Shown one piece after another: positions 1 to 8,067 of a stretch of 24,000 bases of DNA (position 1 is its first letter; the number at the start of each line of letters is the position of its first letter). Source of the stretch: Propionibacteriaceae bacterium (GTDB lineage: Bacteria; Actinomycetota; Actinomycetes; Propionibacteriales; Propionibacteriaceae). The stretch covers positions 1 through 24,000 of the forward strand of contig DATFBI010000007.1 in NCBI GenBank assembly GCA_035253925.1, read 5' to 3'. Under the pieces are notes generated by a model. That model did not search any database, was not told the DNA's origin, and saw nothing but the letters and a program-made list of their open reading frames with translations. A program made the translations under genes and the position numbers.

Positions 1-447
1 GTGGTCGGTGAAGATCGGTGGACCAAACCCTTGGTAGAAGGCAAGACCATCGGCGAAGTAGGCGATGCCTTTGACGGTGACCTGCTCGGCGAAGACCCTA
101 AGTCCGCAACTATAGCGGCGGCCGATGAGGCGTTGAATGCCGTCGCCGAAAGGCTTCCGGCAGGTGGAAAGGTGCACCTTTCCTACGGCGAGGAGGACAT
201 TGAGGAATACGTTCGCCAGCTCGTTGCTGAGCACGTCATTCACGGCTGGGATTTAGCCGTTGCGACTGGTCAACATCGCACGCTTGACCCCGAGCTAGTG
301 GCGGAGGTTGCCGCCTGGTTCCGCGACCGCGAAAACGGTTATCGGGATGGCGGATCGATAGCAGAAAGGCCAACCTCAGCGCAGGGTGGCGACCCGCAAG
401 CTGATCTGTTGATTGCCTTCGGGCGTAATCCCGATTGGGCGCCTTAA
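1..447 (+). CDS. 3' portion of a DinB-like / TIGR03086-type protein (mycothiol maleylpyruvate isomerase N-terminal-domain family); 5' end probably outside the window
   Basis: The frame is open from base 1 to TAA at 445-447. The C-terminal region (HVIHGWDLAVATGQHRTLDPELV) resembles the actinobacterial TIGR03086/DinB-like family from memory. The GTG at base 1 is probably internal. Confidence 0.5.
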   Translation: MVGEDRWTKPLVEGKTIGEVGDAFDGDLLGEDPKSATIAAADEALNAVAERLPAGGKVHLSYGEEDIEEYVRQLVAEHVIHGWDLAVATGQHRTLDPELVAEVAAWFRDRENGYRDGGSIAERPTSAQGGDPQADLLIAFGRNPDWAP

Positions 448-1178
448 CCGGTGTATGCGCTCACGCCGAGTAAGCGGTCGACTGTGGTGAATCGATAACC
501 TCGATCCGCCAGCCGTTCGATCAACGGGCCCACCGCCGCCACGCTTTGATCTCGCAAACCACCACGTGCCTCACGCCCGTCATGAAAGATCAAGATCGCA
601 CCAGGTCGCGCGAGCCTGGCAGCTGAATTGGTCAGGCTGACGGCGGCCGGCTGGAAGATTTCCAGAGGATGAACGAAGGTTCCGGATACAACCTCGAGTC
701 CGTGCTGCCGCAGACTGCTCAATACCCAGGGCCAATGGCAAAGCCAGGGCGGCCGATAAAGCGCTGGCGTCACCCCGGCGACCGAGTAGAACACTTCCTG
801 GGAACGGCTGATCTCGATCTCTTGCCGGGGCTGCTTGAAATAGCTAGTGAGCGAGTGGCTGTAGCTGTGATTGCCCAGTACGTGGCCGCTCTGAACCAGG
901 CGTCGGGTGGTGGATGGAAAACGTTGTGCGCAACGCCCGACCTGGAAAAACGTCGCTTTCACCTGGTAGGCGTCCAAGGTGTCGAGCAGGCGGGAGGTAT
1001 AGGGCTCGTTAGGCCCGTCATCGAAGGTCAGCGCGACAACTTTTTCCTCGGTCTCGATCTCGTATGGAAATGAGCCGAAGATCTGGGAGCGCGGTCGGAA
1101 GCCGGTCCAGTACACCGCGGCCCCAACCGCGGATACGCCGAGTGCAGCGGCCCGCACCGCTACTGCGAGTCGGTTCAC
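444..1178 (-). CDS. Polysaccharide deacetylase (NodB homology domain, CE4 family), membrane-anchored
   Basis: NodB motifs are present: TFDDGP and NHSYSHS. There is an N-terminal hydrophobic anchor (LAVAVRAAALGVSAVGAAVYW). I place the start at GTG 1176-1178, which forms a GTGA overlap with the upstream GT2 stop. Between 1179 and 1262 third-position GC favours the GT2 frame, not this one. The ORF-track start at 1262 is the alternative. Confidence 0.8.
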   Translation of the reverse strand: MNRLAVAVRAAALGVSAVGAAVYWTGFRPRSQIFGSFPYEIETEEKVVALTFDDGPNEPYTSRLLDTLDAYQVKATFFQVGRCAQRFPSTTRRLVQSGHVLGNHSYSHSLTSYFKQPRQEIEISRSQEVFYSVAGVTPALYRPPWLCHWPWVLSSLRQHGLEVVSGTFVHPLEIFQPAAVSLTNSAARLARPGAILIFHDGREARGGLRDQSVAAVGPLIERLADRGYRFTTVDRLLGVSAYTG

Positions 1179-1620
1179 GGGTTGTGCCAGGAATCGACCA
1201 GACGGTCGAACAGGAATGTGGGGTATGCCTTCGCCCACCATGAAGGGTTCTCGTACCGGCACGGACCGGCAACAGCGATGACCTGCTCGGAAGCGGCGAA
1301 GCCAGCATCGATCGTGCGCAACCAGTCTCGCGGCTGAATAGTGTCGGCGTCGGTGGAAATGATGATCTCGCCGCGGGCATGATCAGCTCCCCGCTGCCGG
1401 GCTGCGCAGACGCCTTGCCGGAGTTCCCTGACGACAGGTACGCCACACCGCGCAGCCACGGCCGCAGTGTCGTCGGTGCTGTTGTTGTCTACCACGATGA
1501 TCTCGTAGTCCCGTCGTAATCTTGGTGCTGCAACGGATGCAGTGCGCGGCATAAATAGGCCGCTTCGTTGTAAGCCGGGATGATGATCGAGAACCGCAGG
1601 TGATCGCCCCGCTGATCCAT
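1175..1620 (-). pseudogene. Glycosyltransferase family 2 gene, frameshifted and apparently 3'-truncated
   Basis: The N-terminus (MDQRGDHLRFSIIIPAYNEAAYLCRALHPLQHQDYDG) is in one frame, from ATG 1618-1620 preceded by GAAGGAG. The remainder (DYEIIVVDNNSTDDT...ISTDADTI...GPCRYENPSWW) is in the -1 frame. The junction is at the C3/G3 run at 1510-1512. The combined product is only about 150 aa and lacks the C-terminal part usual in GT2 enzymes. Confidence 0.7.
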
Positions 1621-1705
1621 CCCCACTCCTTCGCTCATCACCCCGCGCCGCGCCGTGGTAACTCCACCCATTGGTGTGTAGCCAGCACAACACTTTAGGG
1701 GAAGC

Positions 1706-1727
1706 GACCTTCCGCCGCCGGAGGTCT
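1706..1727 (-). terminator. Candidate stem-loop downstream of pmt
   Basis: Imperfect inverted repeat GACCTTCCG/CGGAGGTC in the lower-GC spacer between the pmt stop (1811) and the GT2 start. No U-tract follows it. Confidence 0.25.
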
Positions 1728-1810
1728 GATAAGAACGGTCGAATCGTCTAGAGAAACAAGAAGGGTCATTTCCGGCCGCAACAAGAATGATCAGGCTTAA
1801 TGGCAGCCCC

Positions 1811-3463
1811 TCAGATCCAACTCCTAAACCACATTCGCGACAGCCATTTCGGATAAGGCAAGAGTTCGTCAGTGAGGATTGGATAGATATAGGCAAAATT
1901 GGCAGCGACAAGGGCCACGAACGCTCCGATGACGATTGCGGCGACCATACGTCGATCTCCCGCTTGAGCGTCGCCCAGCATCCATCCGGCACATAGTGCC
2001 ACGGCCATTACCGAGAACGGGATGATCGAGGTCGCGTAGAAGAAGAACAGCGGACGAGAATCGAATACGAACCACGGCAGCCAGCTGCTCAAGACACCGA
2101 CCACCGGAATTCCGAAGCGCCAATCCCGGCCCCCTACCCATAAGATTGCTGCGGCAACTAGTGCGAAGACTGCAACCCACCACAACGCTGGTGTTCCGAT
2201 ACCGCTGATCACTCGTATGCAGTTGTCAGGCCCAAGGCAGCCGTCGGTTCCTGGCTTAATGCCGTTGACGGCGTCGATCCCGATCGGGCGTGCCACGATG
2301 AGCCAGCCGGCGGGATCGGCGCGGTAGGTGTGCTGCGCATTGTTGATGAAGTCGCCGGTGTGAAAGTTCCAGATGTCGTACTGGTAGTGCAGCAGCGATG
2401 CCAGCGGTTTACCGAGCAGGCGAACCGTGACATGCTCCGGATGCTGTTCTCCCCACATTCGGCCGTAGCCTCCGGTGCTCATCAACCAGCTGGCCCAGGT
2501 ACCGACGTACACCACCAGGCTCACGACGACTATGGAGAGAAAGGCGGGTATGCCGTCTCGGAAAATCGCGAACTTGGCCCGTGATCCGGCGCCGGCGAGG
2601 CGTCGCGCGCCTACGTCCCAGGCCAGTGAGAGCAGCGCAAACGCGGCAAGTGGAAATAGTGCGTTCCATTTAGTTCCTAGGGCTAGTCCGAAGCAAAGCC
2701 CAGCGGCGATGCGCCACGGACGCAGAATCAAGGCAGGGCCGAACCGGCCACCAAGATCAGGAAGCTCGCGACGCTCAAGATAGCGGGCAAGTCGATTTCG
2801 GAACCATTCACGGTCAGCGACCAGGCAGGCAACCGCAGCCACCAAGAAGAAGGCCATGAAGATGTCGAGCAGCGCGATACGTGACATCACGAATTCAAGC
2901 CCGTCGAAGGTGAGCAAGATACCGGCTAGGCCTCCGATCATGGTCGACTTGGAAACCCGGCGGACCAGCCGGATGGTGATCATGATCAGGAGAGTGCCGA
3001 AGACCAGGGACGCAAACCGCCAGCCGAAGGAGTTCATGCCGAACAGCTGCTCGCCGCCGGCGATCAGCCACTTCCCAAGCTGGGGATGTACGACGAATGC
3101 GCCAGTGTCCTGCATAACATTGACGTCGCCGTTGATGATCTTGGCGTTGGCGTCGCTCGGCCAGTCACGCTCGTAACCGAACTTCAGCAGCGAGTATGCG
3201 TCCTTTGCGTAGTAGGTCTCGTCGAAGACGAGCTTGTTCGGATAACCGAGGTTGACGTAACGGATGACAAAGGCGATTGCGCCGATGATCAGGGTCACGA
3301 TCCAGCCATTGATGCGATCGGTCGGCATCGCGACCCGCAGCCGCTCGATAGTGCTCGGCGGATTCGGTGGCCAGTCTGGCAGGACAGACCCTGTTGAGCC
3401 TCGAATGACGGCGTCGGCCGGTATCAGCAACCCTTTCTCAGACTCCAGGACCTGGCGCGTCAC
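1811..3463 (-). CDS. pmt: Protein O-mannosyltransferase (GT39/PMT family; Rv1002c-like)
   Basis: The sequence DRINGWIV...LGYPNKLVFDETYYAKDAYSLL...VVHPQLGKWLIAGGEQLFGMNSFGWRF aligns with mycobacterial Pmt. It is a multi-pass membrane protein and is divergent from rsmI as in M. tuberculosis. The start is uncertain. GTG 3461-3463 is favoured because third-position GC stays coding-like down to it; ATG 3326-3328 is the alternative. The 687-aa track ORF runs antisense into rsmI and is too long. Confidence 0.85.
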   Translation of the reverse strand: MTRQVLESEKGLLIPADAVIRGSTGSVLPDWPPNPPSTIERLRVAMPTDRINGWIVTLIIGAIAFVIRYVNLGYPNKLVFDETYYAKDAYSLLKFGYERDWPSDANAKIINGDVNVMQDTGAFVVHPQLGKWLIAGGEQLFGMNSFGWRFASLVFGTLLIMITIRLVRRVSKSTMIGGLAGILLTFDGLEFVMSRIALLDIFMAFFLVAAVACLVADREWFRNRLARYLERRELPDLGGRFGPALILRPWRIAAGLCFGLALGTKWNALFPLAAFALLSLAWDVGARRLAGAGSRAKFAIFRDGIPAFLSIVVVSLVVYVGTWASWLMSTGGYGRMWGEQHPEHVTVRLLGKPLASLLHYQYDIWNFHTGDFINNAQHTYRADPAGWLIVARPIGIDAVNGIKPGTDGCLGPDNCIRVISGIGTPALWWVAVFALVAAAILWVGGRDWRFGIPVVGVLSSWLPWFVFDSRPLFFFYATSIIPFSVMAVALCAGWMLGDAQAGDRRMVAAIVIGAFVALVAANFAYIYPILTDELLPYPKWLSRMWFRSWI

Positions 3464-3544
3464 TCGCCCATCGTAGGTGGCTTCGATCAGCGGAATGTGC
3501 CAACGACCACCCTCTGTCACAGCATGGTCTGAGAGTGTGGGGCA

Positions 3545-4414
3545 GTGGCCCCGGAAGACTCCGCAGGCGTCGTTGTCCTGGCTGCGACGCCAATCGGTGA
3601 CGTCGGCGATGCATCGCCACGGTTGGTAACTGAGCTGACTAATGCCGATGTGATTGCTGCGGAAGACACCCGCCGACTGCGGCGGCTGCTGGTACGCCTG
3701 GGAGTCGGGACGAAGGCACGAGTCGTGTCGTACTTCGAGGGCAACGAAACCAGCCGCACCGATGACCTGGTGCGGCTGCTCGAGCAAGGGGCTCGAGTGG
3801 TGGTAGTCACTGATGCTGGAATGCCGTCGGTTTCGGACCCCGGTTACCGACTGGTCGCCGCCGCGGTGGCGCACGGCTTCCGGGTTACGGCGGTGCCAGG
3901 GCCATCCGCAGTGCTGACAGCGTTGGCTGTGTCCGGGCTCCCGGTTGACCGGTTCTGCTTTGAGGGGTTTCTGCCACGTAAGGCTTCCGAACGTATGCGG
4001 CGGCTAGCCGAATTGGCGACCGAGCCGCGCACCATGGTCTTCTTCGAAGCTCCTCACCGCGCTGCCGCGACACTGTCGGCGATGGCGCTGGTCTTTGGAG
4101 CCGACCGGCCTGGCGCGGCTTGCCGAGAGCTCACCAAGGTTCACGAGGAAATTCGCCGCGGTTCGCTTCAGAAGTTGGCGGAATGGGCCAACTCAGAAAT
4201 GCGGGGCGAGCTGACTCTCGTGATTGGCGGTGCAACCGCGCCGACTGCCGATCTGGAGTCCGCGGCCAAGGAGGCGGTTGGCCTGGCGGCTGGCGGGATG
4301 AAGTTGAGGGCGGCGGTCGCGCAGGTTGCGCGGCAGCAAGGTTTGGCAAAGAACGCGCTCTATGATTTCGCGCTGAGAATAAGTCAGTCACGTCGCGATC
4401 AAGTGCAGAGTTGA
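3545..4414 (+). CDS. rsmI: 16S rRNA (cytidine1402-2'-O)-methyltransferase
   Basis: Motifs ATPIGDVGDASPR, AEDTRR, SDAGMPSVSDPG and FCFEGFLP match RsmI. The gene is divergent from pmt as in Rv1002c/Rv1003. GTG start at 3545. Confidence 0.9.
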   Translation: MAPEDSAGVVVLAATPIGDVGDASPRLVTELTNADVIAAEDTRRLRRLLVRLGVGTKARVVSYFEGNETSRTDDLVRLLEQGARVVVVTDAGMPSVSDPGYRLVAAAVAHGFRVTAVPGPSAVLTALAVSGLPVDRFCFEGFLPRKASERMRRLAELATEPRTMVFFEAPHRAAATLSAMALVFGADRPGAACRELTKVHEEIRRGSLQKLAEWANSEMRGELTLVIGGATAPTADLESAAKEAVGLAAGGMKLRAAVAQVARQQGLAKNALYDFALRISQSRRDQVQS

Positions 4415-4417
4415 CGC

Positions 4418-5242
4418 GTGGAGCTACCTGACCTGCCCAATCCGCTGCCCGCGCCGGTAGTCGACTCGCATTGCCATCTGGATTCCACGCAGGCCAAATC
4501 TGGTCTGCAGCCTGAGGACGCGATCCGGCTGGCCGCTGAAGTGGGCGTAGCCAGAATCGTCCAGATCGGCTGTGACCCGGAAGGCTGCCGCTGGGCAGTG
4601 GAGGCTGCGGAACGTTGGACGTCGGTGGTTGCCGGAGTTGCCATCCATCCCAACGACGCCGCGCGAATGGGCGGCAATCTAGAGCGGGGTCTCGAGCTAG
4701 TGGAGTCGCTGGCCCAACGGTCCCGAGTCAGAGCGGTGGGGGAGACTGGGCTGGATTACTTCAGGACGCCCGATGCCAAGGGTCAGGCGGTGCAGCAGGA
4801 AGCATTCGCGGCTCACATCGCCTTCGCCAAGGCGTACCACAAGACCCTCGTTGTCCATGATCGCGACGCTCACCACGACATCTTCGGTGTGCTGGATTCA
4901 GAGGGTCCGCCAGCTCGGATTGTGATGCACTGCTTTTCCGGTGATGATCAATTCGCGCGGGACTGCCTGGACCGTGGCGCCTACCTTTCCTTCGCAGGCA
5001 CGATCACGTTCAAGAACAATGATCATTTGCGGGATGCCCTCGCTCTCACCCCCCTTGATCGAATACTGGTCGAAACCGATGCGCCCTACCTAGCCCCCAT
5101 GCCGGTACGGGGCAAGCCGAACGCGTCTTATCTGATACCCCATACCGTCCGATTCCTCGAGGCCTTGCTCGGAATCGATTTGGAGCGCGTGTGTCAGGCG
5201 CTCAATGACAACGCGGATGCGGCTTTTGGCGGGAGCTGGTAG
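4418..5242 (+). CDS. tatD: TatD-family metal-dependent hydrolase / DNase
   Basis: Motifs DSHCHLD, GETGLDY and HCFSG are present. The GTG start lies 3 nt after the rsmI stop. Confidence 0.85.
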   Translation: MELPDLPNPLPAPVVDSHCHLDSTQAKSGLQPEDAIRLAAEVGVARIVQIGCDPEGCRWAVEAAERWTSVVAGVAIHPNDAARMGGNLERGLELVESLAQRSRVRAVGETGLDYFRTPDAKGQAVQQEAFAAHIAFAKAYHKTLVVHDRDAHHDIFGVLDSEGPPARIVMHCFSGDDQFARDCLDRGAYLSFAGTITFKNNDHLRDALALTPLDRILVETDAPYLAPMPVRGKPNASYLIPHTVRFLEALLGIDLERVCQALNDNADAAFGGSW

Positions 5243-5245
5243 CCC

Positions 5246-5842
5246 ATGGAGTTCGCGGAGGTACTGCGTCGGCGCCGGATGATCCGTTCCTACACCACCA
5301 GGCCTGTGCCGCCGGATGCCCTGGAGGCGGTGCTTGCGGCAGCGCTCAGGGCACCATCCGCAGGCTTCACGCAGGGGATCTCGCTACTTGTGCTGCGGTC
5401 GGCCCGAGAGCGGGACGCTTTCTGGCGCGCCTGCGAAACCGCCGACAGCTCCTGGTTGCGGGGCATGCAGCTGGCACCCGTTCTGATTGCGGTTTGGACT
5501 TCGCAGGAGACCTACCTGGATCGGTACGCCGAGCCAGACAAAGGCTGGAACGACCGAGATCCGGCACGCTGGTCAGCGCCGTACTGGTTCATCGACGCTG
5601 GAATGGCCAGCATGGCTGCGCTGCTGTCCGCAGTCGACCACCATCTCGGGGCATGCTTCTTCGGCATTCCGGCCGATCGCATTGCGGCGGTACGCCAAGC
5701 ATTCGGTGTGCCAGCGAGCCAGCTGAGCGTCGGGGTAATCAGTCTTGGTTATCCGGCGGCGTCCGAGACGCGCATTATGGGCTCGCCAGCGCGACGGTCC
5801 CGGAAAGACGCAGCTGAGCTCATCCATCGGGGCGTTTGGTAA
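5246..5842 (+). CDS. Nitroreductase family protein
   Basis: The N-terminal RRRRMIRSYT...VPPDALEAVLAAALRAPSAGFTQG is typical of the nitroreductase fold. The ATG lies 3 nt after the tatD stop, suggesting an rsmI-tatD-nitroreductase operon. Confidence 0.75.
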   Translation: MEFAEVLRRRRMIRSYTTRPVPPDALEAVLAAALRAPSAGFTQGISLLVLRSARERDAFWRACETADSSWLRGMQLAPVLIAVWTSQETYLDRYAEPDKGWNDRDPARWSAPYWFIDAGMASMAALLSAVDHHLGACFFGIPADRIAAVRQAFGVPASQLSVGVISLGYPAASETRIMGSPARRSRKDAAELIHRGVW

Positions 5843-5852
5843 CGATTGGTTC

Positions 5853-5973
5853 AGCCGCGAGCGTCGGGAAATCCCGCACCGCCGTGCTGAGGAGGAGGGA
5901 GCGGAGGCGTTCTTTCCTCCGCGAGCGACGACGAAGTAGGTGGATTCCATGCGCGATTGCGCGAGCAGCTCAA
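5853..5973 (+). repeat. Interspersed intergenic repeat, copy A (121 nt, three GCGAGC motifs)
   Basis: Ungapped alignment to 9013-9133 gives 110/121 identical bases (hand count). GCGAGC occurs at 5857, 5921 and 5961. Internal hairpin GCGGAGG(5901-5907)/CCTCCGC(5916-5922). The copy starts 11 nt after the nitroreductase stop. Confidence 0.9.
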
Positions 5974-6020
5974 CGGCGGCGTCGGCTAGGCATTTTTGGC
6001 GCACGGCGGGGGTCCTCCGT

Positions 6021-6026
6021 TATAAT
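6021..6026 (+). promoter_or_regulatory. Candidate -10 hexamer TATAAT for rpfB-ksgA-ispE
   Basis: A perfect TATAAT sits in a local low-GC patch about 60 nt upstream of the GTG at 6085. The only -35-like sequence is weak (TTGGCG, about 19-nt spacer). Confidence 0.3.
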
Positions 6027-6084
6027 TTCGTGACAGTTGACATCGAGGTCCAGATCACTGACGGACCGACTCGGGGGAATTGCT

Positions 6085-7200
6085 GTGCGCAAGATCATTC
6101 CTGTGGTCGCCGCTGGAGCGACCGCACTAGCGCTGGCTGGGACAACTTTCGGCTACGCGAACCTCAACAAATCCGTGACACTCTCAGTCGACGGCCAAAC
6201 CACAGAACTTCGAACCAGCGCTGACACCGTGGCGGCGCTGTTGCAGAGCAGGGGAATCGATGTTAGCGGCCACGACGTGGTGGCACCCGGCTTGGATGCC
6301 GAGATAGCGGAGGGTACTCGGGTCGCAGTGAAGTTCGGCCGCCAGGTCACCTTCACCATTGATGGCGCAACGCAGACCATTTGGACTACTGCAACGACAG
6401 TCAATGATGCGCTCAACGCACTGACTGTTGATCTTTCCGGCGCAGAGCTGTCCACCAGTCGCAGTTCGAGCATCGGACGCGAAGGCCTGACTATCGTGAT
6501 CGCCACGCAGAAGAAGATCATCATTATTGATGCGGGCAAGAAGCGCACGATCACAACCACCGGACAAACGCTGGCCGATGCGTTGGCGGCAGCCAAGATC
6601 AACGTGGATGGTGATGACAAGCTGAGCGCCAGCCCGAAGACTCGCCTGGTCAACGGAGCGAAGTTCACCTTTACTGACGTTGAGGTCAGATCCAAGACCA
6701 AGAAGGTCAAGGTGGACTTCGATACCGTTCGCAAGGAGTCAAGCACGCTCCGGAAGGGTGTCACCAAGGTCGACACGCCTGGCGAGCGGGGTGTCCGTGC
6801 GGTGACCTACAAAATCGTTCGGCACAACGGCGAGATCGTCAAGCGCACTAAGATCAAATCTAAGTTGATCGACAAGCCGGTGACTGAGGTGATCTTGGTT
6901 GGTACTAAGAAGACTACGACTGCCCCAACGAGGAAGAGCTCTTCCGGCTCCAGCACGCCGTCAGGCAGTGTCTGGGACAAGCTCGCCGAATGCGAGTCCG
7001 GCGGCAACTGGTCGATCAACACTGGGAACGGCTACTACGGCGGCCTGCAGTTCAGCCTTAGTACCTGGCGTGCGCACGGCGGCTCTGGCATGCCTCATCA
7101 GGCGAGCCGTGAGGAGCAGATTCGGATAGCCAAGAAGGTCCAGGCGTCGCAGGGTTGGGGTGCTTGGCCAGCCTGCTCAGCCAAGTTGGGTTTGCGCTAG
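6085..7200 (+). CDS. rpfB: Resuscitation-promoting factor RpfB-type (DUF348 repeats + G5 domain + Rpf lytic transglycosylase-like domain)
   Basis: The C-terminus [38 protein letters not shown]...[14 protein letters not shown] is the Rpf catalytic domain. It is preceded by a G5-like region and repeated V-x-V-x-DG DUF348-like modules. There is an N-terminal signal/anchor. GTG 6085 has a GGGGGAA Shine-Dalgarno about 7 nt upstream. The in-frame TTG at 6037 is the alternative start. Confidence 0.9.
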   Translation: MRKIIPVVAAGATALALAGTTFGYANLNKSVTLSVDGQTTELRTSADTVAALLQSRGIDVSGHDVVAPGLDAEIAEGTRVAVKFGRQVTFTIDGATQTIWTTATTVNDALNALTVDLSGAELSTSRSSSIGREGLTIVIATQKKIIIIDAGKKRTITTTGQTLADALAAAKINVDGDDKLSASPKTRLVNGAKFTFTDVEVRSKTKKVKVDFDTVRKESSTLRKGVTKVDTPGERGVRAVTYKIVRHNGEIVKRTKIKSKLIDKPVTEVILVGTKKTTTAPTRKSSSGSSTPSGSVWDKLAECESGGNWSINTGNGYYGGLQFSLSTWRAHGGSGMPHQASREEQIRIAKKVQASQGWGAWPACSAKLGLR

Positions 7201-7204
7201 CGCA

Positions 7205-8053
7205 GTGGCGGATGGGCTGCTGGATCCCACGTCGTTACGTGAGCTGGCCAGTCAGCTGAGCCTCCGCCCGAGCAAGCAGCGTGGCCAGAACTTCGTCACT
7301 GACGCGAACACGGTACGACGAATCGTCGCCGCATCTGGGGTCACCGATGACGACACCGTCCTCGAGGTCGGGCCAGGTCTGGGCTCGTTGACCCTCGGCT
7401 TGTTGGAGGCAGTTCATCGAGTGATCGCTATCGAAATCGATGATGTGCTCGCCACGCAGCTGCCTCGTACCGTGGCCGCGCGACTGCCGGAGCGGGCTGA
7501 TGCGCTCACCGTGATCAACGCCGACGCACTGCATGTCGACACGCTGCCCAACTCGCCGACAGCGGTTGTTGCCAACCTGCCCTACAACGTCGCAGTGCCG
7601 GTGCTGCTGCACTTGCTGGCGAGGTTCGAGACGTGGCGTCGTGGCCTGGTGATGGTGCAGGCCGAAGTAGCAGACCGGCTGGCGGCAGGACCAGGATCAA
7701 GAACCTATGGCGTTCCGTCAGTCAAGGTCGCCTGGTACGCCACCGCAATCCGAGTAGGCACAGTGTCGCCGACGGTGTTCTGGCCGGTGCCCAACGTCGA
7801 GTCTGGGCTGGTGGCCATTGAGCGCCGCCAGCAACCGGAGACCAGGGCATCGCGTGCCCAGGTATTCGCCATTATTGATGCTGCTTTCGGTCAGCGGCGA
7901 AAGATGCTGCGCTCGGCACTTGCCGGGCTGGCTGGCTCCTCGGCGGCGGCCAGCGCCGCTATTTCGGCAGCTGGCCTGGATCCCAAAACGCGAGGGGAAA
8001 TGCTGGACGTAGCCGACTTCGCTCGCATCGCTGAGCAGCTTTTCCAGGCCTAG
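7205..8053 (+). CDS. rsmA: 16S rRNA (adenine1518/1519-N6)-dimethyltransferase
   Basis: Motifs [17 protein letters not shown] (SAM binding) and ANLPYNV are present. The position after rpfB matches Rv1009-Rv1010. GTG 7205 lies 4 nt after the rpfB stop; the track start at 7160 would overlap rpfB. Confidence 0.9.
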   Translation: MADGLLDPTSLRELASQLSLRPSKQRGQNFVTDANTVRRIVAASGVTDDDTVLEVGPGLGSLTLGLLEAVHRVIAIEIDDVLATQLPRTVAARLPERADALTVINADALHVDTLPNSPTAVVANLPYNVAVPVLLHLLARFETWRRGLVMVQAEVADRLAAGPGSRTYGVPSVKVAWYATAIRVGTVSPTVFWPVPNVESGLVAIERRQQPETRASRAQVFAIIDAAFGQRRKMLRSALAGLAGSSAAASAAISAAGLDPKTRGEMLDVADFARIAEQLFQA

Positions 8054-8067
8054 ATAACCTCCCAGTC

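Noticed and set aside
1179-1262. Longer N-terminus (M1 or M8) for the deacetylase
   Set aside because: In this stretch third-position GC is high in the GT2 frame and low in the deacetylase frame. GTG 1178 gives a normal signal-anchor N-terminus and a GTGA coupling overlap.
3464-3874. 5' extension of the pmt ORF to 687 aa
   Set aside because: The extension runs antisense across the conserved N-terminus of rsmI, has no PMT-like sequence, and its third-position GC drops upstream of GTG 3463.
5836-6033. Arg-rich ORFs running through the repeats (5836-6033 +, 9044-9460 +, 13659-13955 -)
   Set aside because: The similar peptides (e.g. ASVGKSR..LRRRE) simply follow from the repeated DNA. Copies C and D differ from A by 1-nt indels that break the frame. 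The 9044 ORF runs antisense through marR, and none has a Shine-Dalgarno.
5843-6084. c-di-AMP (ydaO-type) riboswitch upstream of the rpf gene, as known for some actinobacterial rpf and cell-wall hydrolase genes
   Set aside because: I could not find the conserved pseudo-symmetric ydaO core elements. The small CGGG-AAAT-CCCG hairpin in copy A is not conserved in copies B and C. A cmsearch against Rfam would settle it.
6153-6776. Long antisense ORFs inside rpfB (6153-6776), mfd (16618-17286, 17329-17829), pth (14975-15508), the MFS gene (several + ORFs) and pmt (several + ORFs)
   Set aside because: These are shadow ORFs opposite strongly supported genes. Their composition is typical of antisense frames in GC-rich DNA and none has independent support.
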